DNA from: an uncultured Bacillota bacterium
GTDB taxonomy: Bacteria; Bacillota; DTU025; MWDF01
Assembly: GCA_963823655.1 (NCBI GenBank)
Contig: CAWGMK010000006.1
Span: 96,001 to 160,000 of the forward strand
DNA length: 64,000 bases
Reading direction: 5' to 3'
In this document: in pieces, positions 51,328 to 63,934 of the stretch
How the letters are laid out: each line of letters starts with the position of its first letter
Position numbering within the stretch: position 1 is the stretch's first letter
Notes under the pieces: generated by a model
The model's database searches: none
Told to the model about the DNA's origin: nothing
What the model saw: the letters and a program-made list of their open reading frames with translations, nothing else
Position numbers and translations under genes: made by a program

Positions 51328-53025
51328 ATGCCCGTCCAGGAATACATCAATATATCAGCTCATATGAGGGATACGATAACTGAAGCGGTCAAGGGCGCCA
51401 TCGAGGAGATGGGCCTTACCGGGGCGCTGGCAGAGGGCCCCGGCATTACGATAGAAGTCCCCAAGGACCCCAAGTTCGGCGACTATTCGACGCCATTGGC
51501 CCTTACGCTGGCAAAGGCGGCGGGCAGGAAGCCTCGTGAGATCGCCGATGAGATATCTCGCCTCGTGGCTAAAAGATCATATCGCCTCATAGACAGGACC
51601 GAGGTAGCCGGCCCGGGCTTCATCAACTTCTACCTTTCGGACGCATGGATGGACTATGCGATAAAGGCCATCAGGAAAGCCAAGTGCGATTACGGCAGGA
51701 GCGCAGTAGGGCAGGGCGTGAAGGTGAACGTAGAATTCGTCTCCGCAAATCCTGTGGGACCTCTAAATATCGTAAACGCAAGGGCTGCCGCTGTTGGTGA
51801 TTTACTGACAAGGATGATGAGCTTCGCAGGATATGACGCGAAGAGCGAGTTCTATGTTAACGATGCCGGCAACCAGGTGGACATACTCGCCGAATCGGTA
51901 TACGCAAGGTACAGGCAGTCTCTGGGGGAGGAGTACGCATTCCCCGAGGAGGGCTACAGGGGCCTCTATGTGCAGGATATCGCCAGCAAAGCCGCGGAGA
52001 AGCTGGGATCCGCCCTTTCGGCATTGCCACCGGCCGAGGCCAAGGCGCAGCTCAAGCGCTTCGCACTTGACAACATGCTGGAGTGGCAGAAAGAATCCTT
52101 GAAGGCCTACAATGTCGAGTTCGACGCCTGGACCTCCGAGAAGTCGCTAAGAGACGCAGGCGCCGTGGAGCAAACAATCGAGCGCATGAGGGCTAAAGGG
52201 GATTTGTACGAGTCAGAGGGCGCGCTCTGGTTCAGGTCCACGTCCTACGGCGACGACAAGGACCGGGTGCTTATAAAAGGCGACGGCGAGTATACATATG
52301 TGACCCCGGACTTCGCATACCACCTCGACAAGCTGGGAAGGGGCTTCACAAGGCTTATAGACATACTCGGCCCCGACCATCACGGCTATCAGGGCAGGAT
52401 GCAGGCGGGTATTAAATCTTTCGGCTTCCCCGAGGATACGCTGCATGTGCTGATACTACAGCTCGTGACGCTTCTTAGAGGCGGAGAGGCCGTGAAGATG
52501 TCCAAGAGGGCAGGCGAGTTCATCACGATGGACGATCTTCTGGATGAGGTCCCCAAGGATGCCGCCCGCTACTTCTTCATAATGAGGAATACCAACTCCC
52601 ACCTGGAGTTCGACATGGAAGTCGCGGCGAAAAACACGCCGGACAACCCGGTCTGGTACATTCAGTACGCGCATGCCAGGTGCTGCTCGATATTCGAGAA
52701 GGCTGCAAGGGAGGGCACCAACCTTTCAGTCATGGAAGAGGCGGACGCATCCCTTCTCAAGCATCCTACCGAAGTGGCCCTTGTGCGCAGGATGGCGGCC
52801 TTCCCGGACGAGCTTGCGGCAGCCGTTACCGAGATGCAGCCCTCCAGGATGGCAAGGTACGCCTACGAGCTCGCAGCTGAATTCCACAGGTTCTATACCG
52901 AATGCAAGGTAGTAAGCGAGGAGCCCGGCATGACAGCCGCGAGGCTCGCACTGGTTGATTCCGTAAGGATTACTCTTTCCAACCTGCTGCCTTTGATGGG
53001 CATAGACGCACCCGAGAGGATGTGA
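51328..53025 (+). CDS. argS: Arginine--tRNA ligase
   Basis: FGDYS, GPGFINF, EFVSANP, KMSKRAG, YIQYAHAR and APERM. Confidence 0.96.
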   Translation: MPVQEYINISAHMRDTITEAVKGAIEEMGLTGALAEGPGITIEVPKDPKFGDYSTPLALTLAKAAGRKPREIADEISRLVAKRSYRLIDRTEVAGPGFINFYLSDAWMDYAIKAIRKAKCDYGRSAVGQGVKVNVEFVSANPVGPLNIVNARAAAVGDLLTRMMSFAGYDAKSEFYVNDAGNQVDILAESVYARYRQSLGEEYAFPEEGYRGLYVQDIASKAAEKLGSALSALPPAEAKAQLKRFALDNMLEWQKESLKAYNVEFDAWTSEKSLRDAGAVEQTIERMRAKGDLYESEGALWFRSTSYGDDKDRVLIKGDGEYTYVTPDFAYHLDKLGRGFTRLIDILGPDHHGYQGRMQAGIKSFGFPEDTLHVLILQLVTLLRGGEAVKMSKRAGEFITMDDLLDEVPKDAARYFFIMRNTNSHLEFDMEVAAKNTPDNPVWYIQYAHARCCSIFEKAAREGTNLSVMEEADASLLKHPTEVALVRRMAAFPDELAAAVTEMQPSRMARYAYELAAEFHRFYTECKVVSEEPGMTAARLALVDSVRITLSNLLPLMGIDAPERM

Positions 53026-53029
53026 GCCT

Positions 53030-53809
53030 ATGGAGATGAAGGCCGTCGGGAAGGCCCCGACCGCGCTTCACGCCTTCGCCGACCTGGGCAGGGCGTTCAA
53101 GCTTTGGTATGAAAGGCTCGTGCTGTCCTTCGTCTTCGCAAGCAGCTGGTGGGCCATGGGTTTCATCGCCGCCCAGCTGGTGCTGTTGGTTGCAACTCCG
53201 CTTATGTTGATTCCCGCGTCCTTAATATGGGCGCTGGCTGCGCTCTTCGAGATGTCAATGGCAAACAGGGCCGTGCATCTTGAGGATTTCGACATCAGGC
53301 TGCTCTTCTCGTCCATGGGAAGGCTGGCCTTCCGCTTCATCGGGCTGTTTCTGCTCTCAATAGGAGCGTTCCTCCTCTATCTGCCGGTGCTGCTCTACCT
53401 GCCCAGCGTGGGTTCCCTGATAGCTTATGTCGGCTTCGGGCTCGTAACATGGGTTGGGCTGTTCTCCTTTGTGAGCGTGGTATACGCGGCAGGGATTATG
53501 GTGGAGAACGACGAAAGGCTCTTCAGGGCGATATACAAAGGGTTCCTGCTCATGTTGGACAATCCGGCCTACAGCCTTACAAATGGCATGCTGCTGTTAG
53601 TTTTGGGCGTCGCGGGCTACATCCTTCCCATTGCGTCAATGACCTGGTCCTCATGGGCATACCTTGTGCTAGTAGTCCTGGGCGTGTTCCTGTACGGCTC
53701 GGTGAACGCATATTTCATAAGCTTCTCGGTCAAGAGGCTCCTTTCCAGGTACGGCCTTGCCAGGAAGAGCGGCAGGGAGGCAATGCAAGACGAGCTTCTG
53801 AGGAAATAG
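53030..53809 (+). CDS. Integral membrane protein (DUF624/YesL-like, tentative)
   Basis: About 6 TM segments; coupled to argS. Confidence 0.5.
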   Translation: MEMKAVGKAPTALHAFADLGRAFKLWYERLVLSFVFASSWWAMGFIAAQLVLLVATPLMLIPASLIWALAALFEMSMANRAVHLEDFDIRLLFSSMGRLAFRFIGLFLLSIGAFLLYLPVLLYLPSVGSLIAYVGFGLVTWVGLFSFVSVVYAAGIMVENDERLFRAIYKGFLLMLDNPAYSLTNGMLLLVLGVAGYILPIASMTWSSWAYLVLVVLGVFLYGSVNAYFISFSVKRLLSRYGLARKSGREAMQDELLRK

Positions 53810-53838
53810 CCTGCAAGATGGAATAGGGGGGAATTTCG

Positions 53839-54496
53839 ATGGCTTTGGGAATCAACTGGCTGGGGCACTCATGTTTCCTGATAAGGGCATCAAACGGCAA
53901 GAGGATAGTCATGGACCCTTACGACCCTTCCATTGGAGTGTTGCCTGCGGAGCTGACGGCTGATATCGTGACCATGAGCCACCAGCATTTCGACCATAAT
54001 TACCTGAAGGGCGTCAAGGGAAGGTACTCTGCGGTGCAGTCAGGCGGGATGCATGAGTTCGAGGATCTAAGGATAACCGGCATTCCCAGCTGGCATGACG
54101 AGCAGATGGGCGCGCAGCGCGGCCCCAACATGATATACATCCTGGAGTCTGAGGGCGTCAAAGTCTGCCATCTTGGGCGATCTCGGGGTGATTCCGAGCA
54201 AGGACGAGCTTTTAAGGCTCGAGGGCATAGACATGCTGCTCATACCCATAGGCGGGACCTACACGATAGACCCCAAAGGCGCCGACAAGCTAATATCCAT
54301 AATCAAGCCCCGCATCGTCATGCCCATGCACTACAGCATGCAGCCGGGAATAAAAAGGTTGTTGCCCCTGTCGGATTTCCTCGAAGGGAAAGAAAACGTC
54401 CATTATGCCAAGCCTGGCGAATACATGCTGGATAAGGCCGAATTGAATGGGCCTTACCCAAAATATCTCGTCCTTACGCCCAATCTGATGATTTGA
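53839..54496 (+). CDS. MBL-fold metallo-hydrolase (apparent frameshift ~54175)
   Basis: WLGHSCF, DPY, SHQHFDHN, H.GDLG, PIGG and PMHY. Confidence 0.88.
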
Positions 54497-54502
54497 AAAT
54501 GA

Positions 54503-56180
<1,678 letters not shown>

Positions 56181-56377
56181 TTTTTGTCTTCGCACGAAGG
56201 AAAAGGCGAACGGATATCGAATGTTACCTCGATAAGTTTAAAACCACTTTAAGTACTTTCAAATCATAATCAGCATATAATCCCGGGTGACTGCCAGATT
56301 GCAGGACGCACCATTGTTACAGGTGCGCTTCCCCCTATTCTATACCAGGGCATAAAATGCCCATACGGAGGAGACAA

Positions 56378-58114
56378 ATGGAAATAAGGCTGTCGGATCT
56401 TGCCAACATGGGCGTGCTTGATCTCAAAGAGGAGGCCAGGAAGCTTAAAGTACCGGGCTTCAGGACATTGAGGAAGGCCGAGCTCATCGAGGCATTGGAG
56501 CGCCTGTTAGGGGAGGCTGGCAAGAATGCGAAAGCATCTGCCGATCCGGATAAACAGGCAGAGAAAAGGGGAAAGAGGGCCAAGCCGGCATCAGCCGAGG
56601 AGGTTAAGATAATCGAGCCCAGCTACTTCAAGATAATCAGCGTAGAGGAGCCCGGAAACGGCACTCACACGTCAGAAGGCGTAGATGCCGTAAAGAAGCT
56701 GCTCAAAGAGGCGGGCATCAAGACCCCGCAGAGGAAGAAGAGGGCCCCCAAGAAGATTGCGGAAGAGATAATACCTGAAGATTTGGGCATTGTACCGGCC
56801 GATCTTGCGATTGCATTGCCGGAGGAAGAACCGTCCCTGCTTATACCCGAAGGGCTGCCAGAGCTGACATCTGAAGCGCTTCCAGGGGACGATCTGCCGC
56901 CCGAGCTGCTGCCAGAACCCATCAAGGAGCTACCGGCGCCTGTTCATATGAAAGAGGGCGCAATGTCCGCGAAGGGGACACTGGTCATTAAGCCAGAGGG
57001 CTACGGCTTCCTGAGGGCCAACCAGCCTCACATCCAGGGATATGACGACATATACATCTCACCCTCCCAGATAAAAAGGTTCAGGCTTAGAAACGGCGAT
57101 GAAGTATCCGGCTACGTAAGGCCGCCGAACGAGGGCGAGAAGAACTCCGCGCTCATCAGGGTAGAGGCAGTCAACGACGATCCGCCAGAATATGCCGAGA
57201 CCAGAAGGGCCTTCGAGGACCTGACGCCGATATTCCCCAAGGGCAGGATAAGGCTTGAGACGGGCACGCATGACTTCACAGGCAGGGTCATAGACCTGAT
57301 GGTGCCCATCGGCATGGGACAGAGGGGAATGATAGTTGCTCAGCCCAAAGTCGGCAAGACAACCGTCTTGAAGACCATAGCCAAGGCCATAATGGAAAAC
57401 TCGCCCGAAATAAAGCTTATAGTCCTGCTCGTGGACGAAAGGCCGGAGGAAGTAACCGACTGGATACAGTGGATAGGCAACAGGGGCCAGGTATATTCCT
57501 CGACTTTCGACCAGCCGGCGGACAATCATATAAAGGTCGCCGAAATTGTCCTTGAGATCGCAAAAAGGCAGGTGGAGCACAAGAAGGACGTATGCATACT
57601 GCTCGACTCGCTGACGAGGCTTACAAGGGCTTATAACACGACAACGCCTTCTTCGGGCAGGACCCTGTCAGGAGGCCTGGACCCTGCGGCGCTGCATCCG
57701 GCAAAGAGGTTCTTCGGGGCAGCCAGGAACATACAAGACGGCGCTTCTCTCACCATACTGGCCACAGTCCTGGTGGACACCGGAAGCAGGATGGACGATA
57801 TGATCTACGAGGAGTTCAAAGGAACAGGAAACATGGAAATCCATCTTGAGAGGGATCTTGCCGAGCGCAGGATATTCCCGGCGGTGGACATCAAGGCGTC
57901 CTCCACAAGGCGCGACGAGCTGCTTTACTCAACCAAGGAGAAGGAGGCGGCATGGGTGCTAAGAGTGGCGATGGCTTCGATGTCACCCATAGACCAGGCC
58001 GAATTCCTCTTCACAAGGATAAAGCAATCACCAAGCAACGACGTCATGATAGACACGGTGGTCAACTCAAAATACGCCAGCAACATGAAAGACAAGGGGA
58101 ACGCCTACCTATGA
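56378..58114 (+). CDS. rho: Transcription termination factor Rho with N-terminal insertion
   Basis: Rho_N LRKAELI; GYGFLR, DIYISPSQI, PIGMGQRG, DERPEEVTD, EEFKGTGNME and RRIFPA. Confidence 0.95.
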   Translation: MEIRLSDLANMGVLDLKEEARKLKVPGFRTLRKAELIEALERLLGEAGKNAKASADPDKQAEKRGKRAKPASAEEVKIIEPSYFKIISVEEPGNGTHTSEGVDAVKKLLKEAGIKTPQRKKRAPKKIAEEIIPEDLGIVPADLAIALPEEEPSLLIPEGLPELTSEALPGDDLPPELLPEPIKELPAPVHMKEGAMSAKGTLVIKPEGYGFLRANQPHIQGYDDIYISPSQIKRFRLRNGDEVSGYVRPPNEGEKNSALIRVEAVNDDPPEYAETRRAFEDLTPIFPKGRIRLETGTHDFTGRVIDLMVPIGMGQRGMIVAQPKVGKTTVLKTIAKAIMENSPEIKLIVLLVDERPEEVTDWIQWIGNRGQVYSSTFDQPADNHIKVAEIVLEIAKRQVEHKKDVCILLDSLTRLTRAYNTTTPSSGRTLSGGLDPAALHPAKRFFGAARNIQDGASLTILATVLVDTGSRMDDMIYEEFKGTGNMEIHLERDLAERRIFPAVDIKASSTRRDELLYSTKEKEAAWVLRVAMASMSPIDQAEFLFTRIKQSPSNDVMIDTVVNSKYASNMKDKGNAYL

Positions 58115-58228
58115 TGATTCGTTAATATTCATGTGGTTCGCGAACCCTAATCTAGCACCTCGTTTGCCAAGAGGGGCGCGAGGATGTAAAATATATTAGT
58201 TATATTTCTGATCGAAAGGGGACAGCAA

Positions 58229-59275
58229 TTGAGGAACAGACAGGATATCCCGAAAATGCCAAGGTCCGTGGCGGTGACGTTCACGCTCCTTGTCCTGTCC
58301 ATACTGTTTCTTGTACTGACCCCCTCCTCAGCGAACATAGGCACCCTCTATTCGAATGATGACCCCATTGCGGGCTCCGGCCTTGCAAGGATAGCCAACG
58401 ACGTATTCAACATGATCGTGGAACCCTTCTCGGTAGATCCGGGAGGCCACGGCTACGACGAAGGAATACTGGCAATAGGCGATGAAGTCATCATGACGGG
58501 CTCGCCTCTTGAGAGCCTCAGGAAGATCGTAGAGAAGAAACCCTACATAATCGAGCATGTTGTGGAGCCGGGCGACACCATCTGGGCCATAATGAAGGCC
58601 TATAATGTCGACGAGGCCACTATAGTAAACGCCAACAGCCTGATAAATCCGAACAAGCTAAAGGTCGGGCAGAAGCTCACCTTCCCGTCGGTCACGGGGC
58701 TCACCCACACGGTGAAAAACGGCGACACGGTATATGACCTTGCGAAGAAATACCAGGTCAACCAGCAGATAATCATCGAAACGAATGAGCTGCAAAGCGG
58801 CGCCATCAAAATAGGCCAGGTATTGGTCATCCCCGGCGGCAAGATGCCGAAGGTGGCGACTGCGAAATCCTCCTCTTCTGGCGGTACCGTATCGGCCGGC
58901 ATAAGCTTCATACACCCGCTCTGGAAAGGTGTAAGGATCACTCAGTACTTCAACACCAGCGCCTATCCTCGCCATGAAGGCATCGACTGGGGCATATCGA
59001 CAGGCACAAGCATAAAAGCGGCTGCCGCCGGCGTAGTAAGCAGCTCCGGCTGGGGCACCGGATATGGCCTTCTCGTAATCATAGACCACGGCAACGGGGT
59101 TAAGACATATTACGCTCACAACTCCAAACTCCTGGTATCCAAGGGCGACAGGGTCAGCCAGGGGCAGGTAATCTCATATTCCGGCAACACCGGCAGGTCG
59201 ACAGGGCCTCACCTTCACTTCGAAATCCGCGTCAACAACAAACCTCAGAATCCTCTCAACTACATAAGCAGATAG
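58229..59275 (+). CDS. LysM x2 + M23 peptidase
   Basis: HVVEPGDT and HTVKNGDT LysM repeats; HEGID, YAH and STGPHLHFEIR. Confidence 0.92.
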   Translation: MRNRQDIPKMPRSVAVTFTLLVLSILFLVLTPSSANIGTLYSNDDPIAGSGLARIANDVFNMIVEPFSVDPGGHGYDEGILAIGDEVIMTGSPLESLRKIVEKKPYIIEHVVEPGDTIWAIMKAYNVDEATIVNANSLINPNKLKVGQKLTFPSVTGLTHTVKNGDTVYDLAKKYQVNQQIIIETNELQSGAIKIGQVLVIPGGKMPKVATAKSSSSGGTVSAGISFIHPLWKGVRITQYFNTSAYPRHEGIDWGISTGTSIKAAAAGVVSSSGWGTGYGLLVIIDHGNGVKTYYAHNSKLLVSKGDRVSQGQVISYSGNTGRSTGPHLHFEIRVNNKPQNPLNYISR

Positions 59276-59325
59276 CGCCGGTCCCGGCTCCTTTGGATGC
59301 CTGCCGGCGGCAGGAGGTTGATCAA

Positions 59326-60717
59326 GTGGACTTCAAAGGGATCATGACGGACGCAATTTCAACATTCAAGGACAAAGCCGAATACATGGAGATTAGAATC
59401 GAGCAGCGGGAAACCGTATCGCTTCTGTTCAGGCTCGCTAATGTCGACCAGGTTTCCGCAAGGATTGACCTAGGCGGCAACGTCAGGGCCATCGTCAACG
59501 GTGGCTGGGGCTTCGCCGCGTTCAATGACATCACCGCGATAAAGAAGGCGTGCGAAGATGCGATAACGGCCGCGCGATACGTAGGCTCCTTAATCCCGGA
59601 TGACGAGAAGGTAAGGCTAGCCAAGGTTGTGCCTGCAAACGATGAGGTCAGCCTCGGTATAAAGCGTGGCTCCAAGGACGTAAGCTTGAATCAGAAGATG
59701 AAGCTGATGGGCGACTACGCTGCCATCCTTTCGAAAGCGGACGCAAGGATAGTCAACTCCATGGTCAGATACGCCGATTTCCATGTGAAGAAGTATTTCG
59801 CAAACTCCGACGGCGCGTTCATCGTATCCGAAGGGTCCGACATGAATGCCGCCTTCTCGGCCACATCCCTGAAGGAAGGGCGGCCGGTGGAAGCTTTTGA
59901 AGGCATCGGGACCACTCTCGACTTCACGGACCTCGAGGGACAGGAAGCCAAGGCGCGCAAGGTAGTGGAGACCTGTATAGACACCCTGAACGCCGAGCCG
60001 GTCAAGGCGGGCTGCTACACGATAGTGTGCGACCCGTTGCTGGCAGGTGTGTTCGTCCATGAGGCATTCGGGCACCTTTCGGAGTCCGACTTCATCGCCG
60101 AAAACGAGGACGCCAGGAAGATGATGACACTGGGGCGCCGCTTCGGGCAGGACTTCCTGAATATTGCGGACGAGCCGGTCCCGCAGGGGCTAAGAGGCTC
60201 ATTCAAATACGACGACGAGGGAACGCCCGCAGTCACCTCGCCGCTTATCACCAACGGCCTTCTGGTAGGGCGCCTTCATTCGAAGGAGACGGCAGCCAGG
60301 ATGGGCGAGATGCCCACCGGCAACGCCAGGGCTATCAACTACAAGTTCGCGCCGATCGTGCGCATGAGAAACACCGTGATAAGGCCCGGCAAGCAGAGCT
60401 TCGAGGATCTCATCGGAGACATCAAGCTCGGCATATACGCAAAGGCCGCATACGGCGGCCAGACAGTCATAGAGCAGTTCTCCTTCTCCGCAAGGGAGGC
60501 GTTCATGATCCGCGACGGGAAGCTTGCCGAGCGCGTAAGAGACGTGGTAATGGCCGGCAACCTTTTCGAAACGCTCATGAACATAGAGGGGATCGGATCC
60601 GACTTCAGATGGACTGGGCATAACGGCGGCTGCGGAAAAGGCGGCCAGGCACCGCTGCCCGTGATGATGGGTTCGCCTTCCATCAGGATCAAGAACGTTG
60701 TGGTCGGAGGAAGATAA
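59326..60717 (+). CDS. tldD: TldD family metalloprotease
   Basis: HEAFGHLSE, DDEG, PIVRMRNT and GCGKGGQ. Confidence 0.92.
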   Translation: MDFKGIMTDAISTFKDKAEYMEIRIEQRETVSLLFRLANVDQVSARIDLGGNVRAIVNGGWGFAAFNDITAIKKACEDAITAARYVGSLIPDDEKVRLAKVVPANDEVSLGIKRGSKDVSLNQKMKLMGDYAAILSKADARIVNSMVRYADFHVKKYFANSDGAFIVSEGSDMNAAFSATSLKEGRPVEAFEGIGTTLDFTDLEGQEAKARKVVETCIDTLNAEPVKAGCYTIVCDPLLAGVFVHEAFGHLSESDFIAENEDARKMMTLGRRFGQDFLNIADEPVPQGLRGSFKYDDEGTPAVTSPLITNGLLVGRLHSKETAARMGEMPTGNARAINYKFAPIVRMRNTVIRPGKQSFEDLIGDIKLGIYAKAAYGGQTVIEQFSFSAREAFMIRDGKLAERVRDVVMAGNLFETLMNIEGIGSDFRWTGHNGGCGKGGQAPLPVMMGSPSIRIKNVVVGGR

Positions 60718-60718
60718 G

Positions 60719-62030
60719 ATGGAGAAGATACTCAAACAGGCATTGAACAAGGCCGGCTCCGCGGAGGTCTTCTATCAGGACGCCCGCAAGGTCGAAGTGC
60801 AGTATGAATCGGGCAAGCTGAAGGTGGTCAACTCCGTAAGGCACACCGGGGCAGCCTTGAGGGTAATCAAGACGGGCAGGCTGGGCTTCGCATCTACCAC
60901 CGACTTCTCCGAGGCCGACAGGCTGGTAAGCCTTGCCATGGATACGGCTTCCGCAGGCCCCTCCGCCAAATTCCCATTCCCCGGCAAAACCGCCGGCGTG
61001 GCTCATATAGACACTGTGAAGCCCTCCGCGACTAAGATGGGCGTGAGCGAAATTGTGGAGATGGGATCGCGATTTGTGGAAAGGCTTAAGAAGCTGTCCC
61101 CGGACTGCTATCCGGAAACCAACATTTCGGTCGAGCAGGAGAAGGTCAGGATACTAAACTCGTCCGGCCTTGATTATGAGTCGGAGGCGGCTTTGTACAG
61201 CGTGTTCTATGGGGCAACCGTGGTTAAGGGCTCCGACGTGCTAATGATACCCTCGTTTAGCATACCTCTGGAGGATGAATATGATCCGATCAGGGCCGCC
61301 GAGGAGGTCGCCGAGAAGATAAGCCGCGCATCCGTAATTGCCGAAGCTGCGACAGGACCAACGACTGTGCTGTTCTCGCCCATGGGGCTGGACAGTATGC
61401 TCCTTCCCATAAGGGCCGGCTTCAACGGAAAGGCAGTGGAGATGGGAGTCTCCCCGATCAAGGGGCTGATGGGCAAGAAGGCCCTTTCAGATGCCATCAC
61501 CGTATGGAACGACCCGACGCTTAGGTACTGGTTCCGCTCCGGCGGGCTGGACAACGAGGGCGTGCCCACGGCAAAGACCGCTCTCATCAACAAGGGCGTG
61601 ATCGGTTCTCCCTACTACGACCTGCTCACAGCCGATATGTACGGCAAAGTAAGCACGGGTTCCGGCTACAGGGACAGCTTCGAGACGGCGCCGTCGCCAT
61701 CACCTTCCCTTATATCGATTGAGGCAGGGAAAGACAAGCATGGAGAAGTTGCTCGCGTCCATAGAAGACGGCTTGTACATCGACTTCTGCCTTGGCGTTG
61801 GCCAGGGTAACTACATGGCGGGCGAGTTCTCCAATAACGTCGGCTTGGGCTACAAGGTGAAAAACGGCAAGATTACTGGACGTGTGAAGAACCTTATGAT
61901 AGCCGGCAACGCATACGACATTCTGCTCAACAACATAGCAGCGCTCAGCGCCGAGAGGGGCTTCAGCATGACGATGTGCCTTAGCCCTTATATGCTGGTC
62001 AATTCGGTAAGCGTGACCGCAAAGTCGTAG
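60719..62030 (+). CDS. pmbA: PmbA/TldE family protein (apparent frameshift ~61735)
   Basis: GRLGFAST, DNEGVPT, GEFS and IAGN; follows tldD. Confidence 0.85.
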
Positions 62031-62052
62031 ACCCGGCAGCTTGGATTATCTA

Positions 62053-62089
62053 TGGCCCCGGGCGGCGGATGCGTTCGTCCGGGGCCTTC
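62053..62089 (+). terminator. Stem-loop / terminator
   Basis: ggccccgggcgg...tcgtccggggcc followed by ttct. Confidence 0.5.
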
Positions 62090-62111
62090 TCAGCTGATAG
62101 GAGGTGGGAAA

Positions 62112-62478
62112 TTGCCTCTTTTCCTGTGCATAATTACGTCGGCCTTCGTGCTGGGCATAGCGGCCTTGCAGCTGTTTATCTCCGCCCAAGGAGCCATCTG
62201 CGCGCTTTGGTTACCGGAGCACGTTATCTATGATGAACCCGGCCACATGGTCCGAGGCCCAGAGGATTTCGGGGAAAGCGATGGCAGCGGCGGGCCTCAC
62301 CGGCCTGGCTTTATCCTTGCTCCTTTACTTCCTCGTTCAAGGCAAAGCCGCATATATGTGGTCCATGATAATAAGCTCGGCCTTTGCCGCTCTGACGGTG
62401 CCGTACACCGAGATGCGACTGAGTGCGATCTTCGACGAGAAGGGCAAGAGAAAGCATGAAGGAGTACTAGGCATATGA
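62112..62478 (+). CDS. SdpI/YfhL family membrane protein (apparent frameshift ~62180)
   Basis: Repaired reading PPKEPSARFGYRSTLSMMNPATWSEAQR matches the GYRT..SM....W..AQ motif; TM helices. Confidence 0.75.
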
Positions 62479-63857
62479 AGAAGGCAAGGAGCAAGTTCGT
62501 CTGCCAGCAGTGCGGAGGCGAGTTCGCCAATTGGTTCGGCAAATGCCCTTCGTGCTCAAGCTGGAACAGCATTGTCGAGGAGATAGTGAAGCCCGAGGAT
62601 TTTGCTGCCTCACAAAGGGCATCCCGGGCATCCGGGCCTATCACGGAGCCGGTAAGGCTATCCGAGGTGCCGGCTTCCGGCGATAAAAGAAGGTCCACCG
62701 GCATAGATGAGCTGGACAGGGTGTTGGGCGGGGGCATAGTCCCGGGTTCCGCGGTTCTGGTTTCTGGGGAACCTGGCATCGGCAAATCGACTTTGCTGCT
62801 GCAAGCCGCCTACAGGCTGGCCCAGGAGGGAAGCGTCCTTTACGCCTCGGGTGAGGAATCAGTACAGCAGATTGGCATTAGGGCAAGGCGCATCAAAGCG
62901 GCATCCGATGCCATCTACGTGATGCCCGAGACCGATGTCGCGAATATCCTGGACATGGCATTCAGGATGAAGCCAGCCGTCCTGATCATTGACTCCATAC
63001 AGACCATGCAGGATTCGTCCCTGTCTTCTGCTGCCGGCAGCGTCGGGCAGGTAAGGCAGTGCGCGTCGCTTTTGATCGAGGCGAGCAAGGCCTCAGGCAT
63101 GTCCGTATTCATGGTGGGGCACGTGACGAAGACGGGAGCCGTGGCAGGGCCGAAAGTGCTTGAGCATATGGTAGACACGGTAGTTCAGTTCGAAGGCGGC
63201 ATGCATCAGGCATACAGGGTCGTGCGCACCTTGAAGAACAGGTTCGGCTCCACCGATGAGGTGGGCGTCTTCGAGATGGGGGAGGCCGGCCTTATAGAGG
63301 TGAGGAACCCATCCGAGGCCTTCCTTAAGGAGAGGGTCGCAGGGATGGCAGGCTCCATTGTAGTCCCCTGCATGGAGGGGACAAGGCCATTCCTGGTGGA
63401 AGTGCAGGCTCTAGTGGGCTCTCCCGCCGCAAGCTTCCCTAGGAGGACGTCGTCCGGCGTGGACCAGGGCAGGGTGGCCATAATGCTTGCGGTGCTTGGC
63501 AGGCGCGTCGGGATGGCCGTTGAGGCCAACGACACATTCCTGAACGTGGCAGGCGGCATTGCAGTAGATGAACCGGCTGCTGACCTTGCGATTGCGACGG
63601 CTCTCGCCTCAAGCTTCAGGAACAGGGCTGTTAGCCCGAGGACTGCGGTTTTCGGAGAAGTCGGGCTCTCGGGAGAGCTCAGGTCCGTGTCCAGGGCGGA
63701 AGCGAGGGTGGCTGAGGCCGTAAGGCTGGGATTTACGGGGATAGTCATGCCAAAGGCCAACCTTACCAGGCTTAAGGCGGGGAAGCTGCTGACGGGGGAG
63801 GCGGACATCGTAGGCGTCAGCACCTTGGCGGAGGCCCTTGATTATTTGGTCGGATGA
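62475..63857 (+). CDS. radA: DNA repair protein RadA/Sms
   Basis: CQQCG..CPSC zinc finger, GEPGIGKSTL, KNRFG and GEVGLSGE. Confidence 0.96.
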   Translation: MKKARSKFVCQQCGGEFANWFGKCPSCSSWNSIVEEIVKPEDFAASQRASRASGPITEPVRLSEVPASGDKRRSTGIDELDRVLGGGIVPGSAVLVSGEPGIGKSTLLLQAAYRLAQEGSVLYASGEESVQQIGIRARRIKAASDAIYVMPETDVANILDMAFRMKPAVLIIDSIQTMQDSSLSSAAGSVGQVRQCASLLIEASKASGMSVFMVGHVTKTGAVAGPKVLEHMVDTVVQFEGGMHQAYRVVRTLKNRFGSTDEVGVFEMGEAGLIEVRNPSEAFLKERVAGMAGSIVVPCMEGTRPFLVEVQALVGSPAASFPRRTSSGVDQGRVAIMLAVLGRRVGMAVEANDTFLNVAGGIAVDEPAADLAIATALASSFRNRAVSPRTAVFGEVGLSGELRSVSRAEARVAEAVRLGFTGIVMPKANLTRLKAGKLLTGEADIVGVSTLAEALDYLVG

Positions 63858-63934
63858 CGCAGTCATAGAGGATTCTGGATACAGAGCTTAGAATTAATAA
63901 ATGTGGTCTCTTAGAATGAGGGAGGTGATCTGGT

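Noticed and set aside
58115-58228. c-di-AMP (ydaO) riboswitch upstream of the LysM-M23 gene
   Set aside because: The region is too short and lacks the conserved GCTGAA, GGAAC and CAGCTAAC elements; only small hairpins are present.
59326-62478. RiPP/microcin cluster (tldD-pmbA plus sdpI immunity)
   Set aside because: No precursor peptide, YcaO, radical SAM enzyme or exporter nearby; TldD/PmbA are widespread housekeeping proteins.
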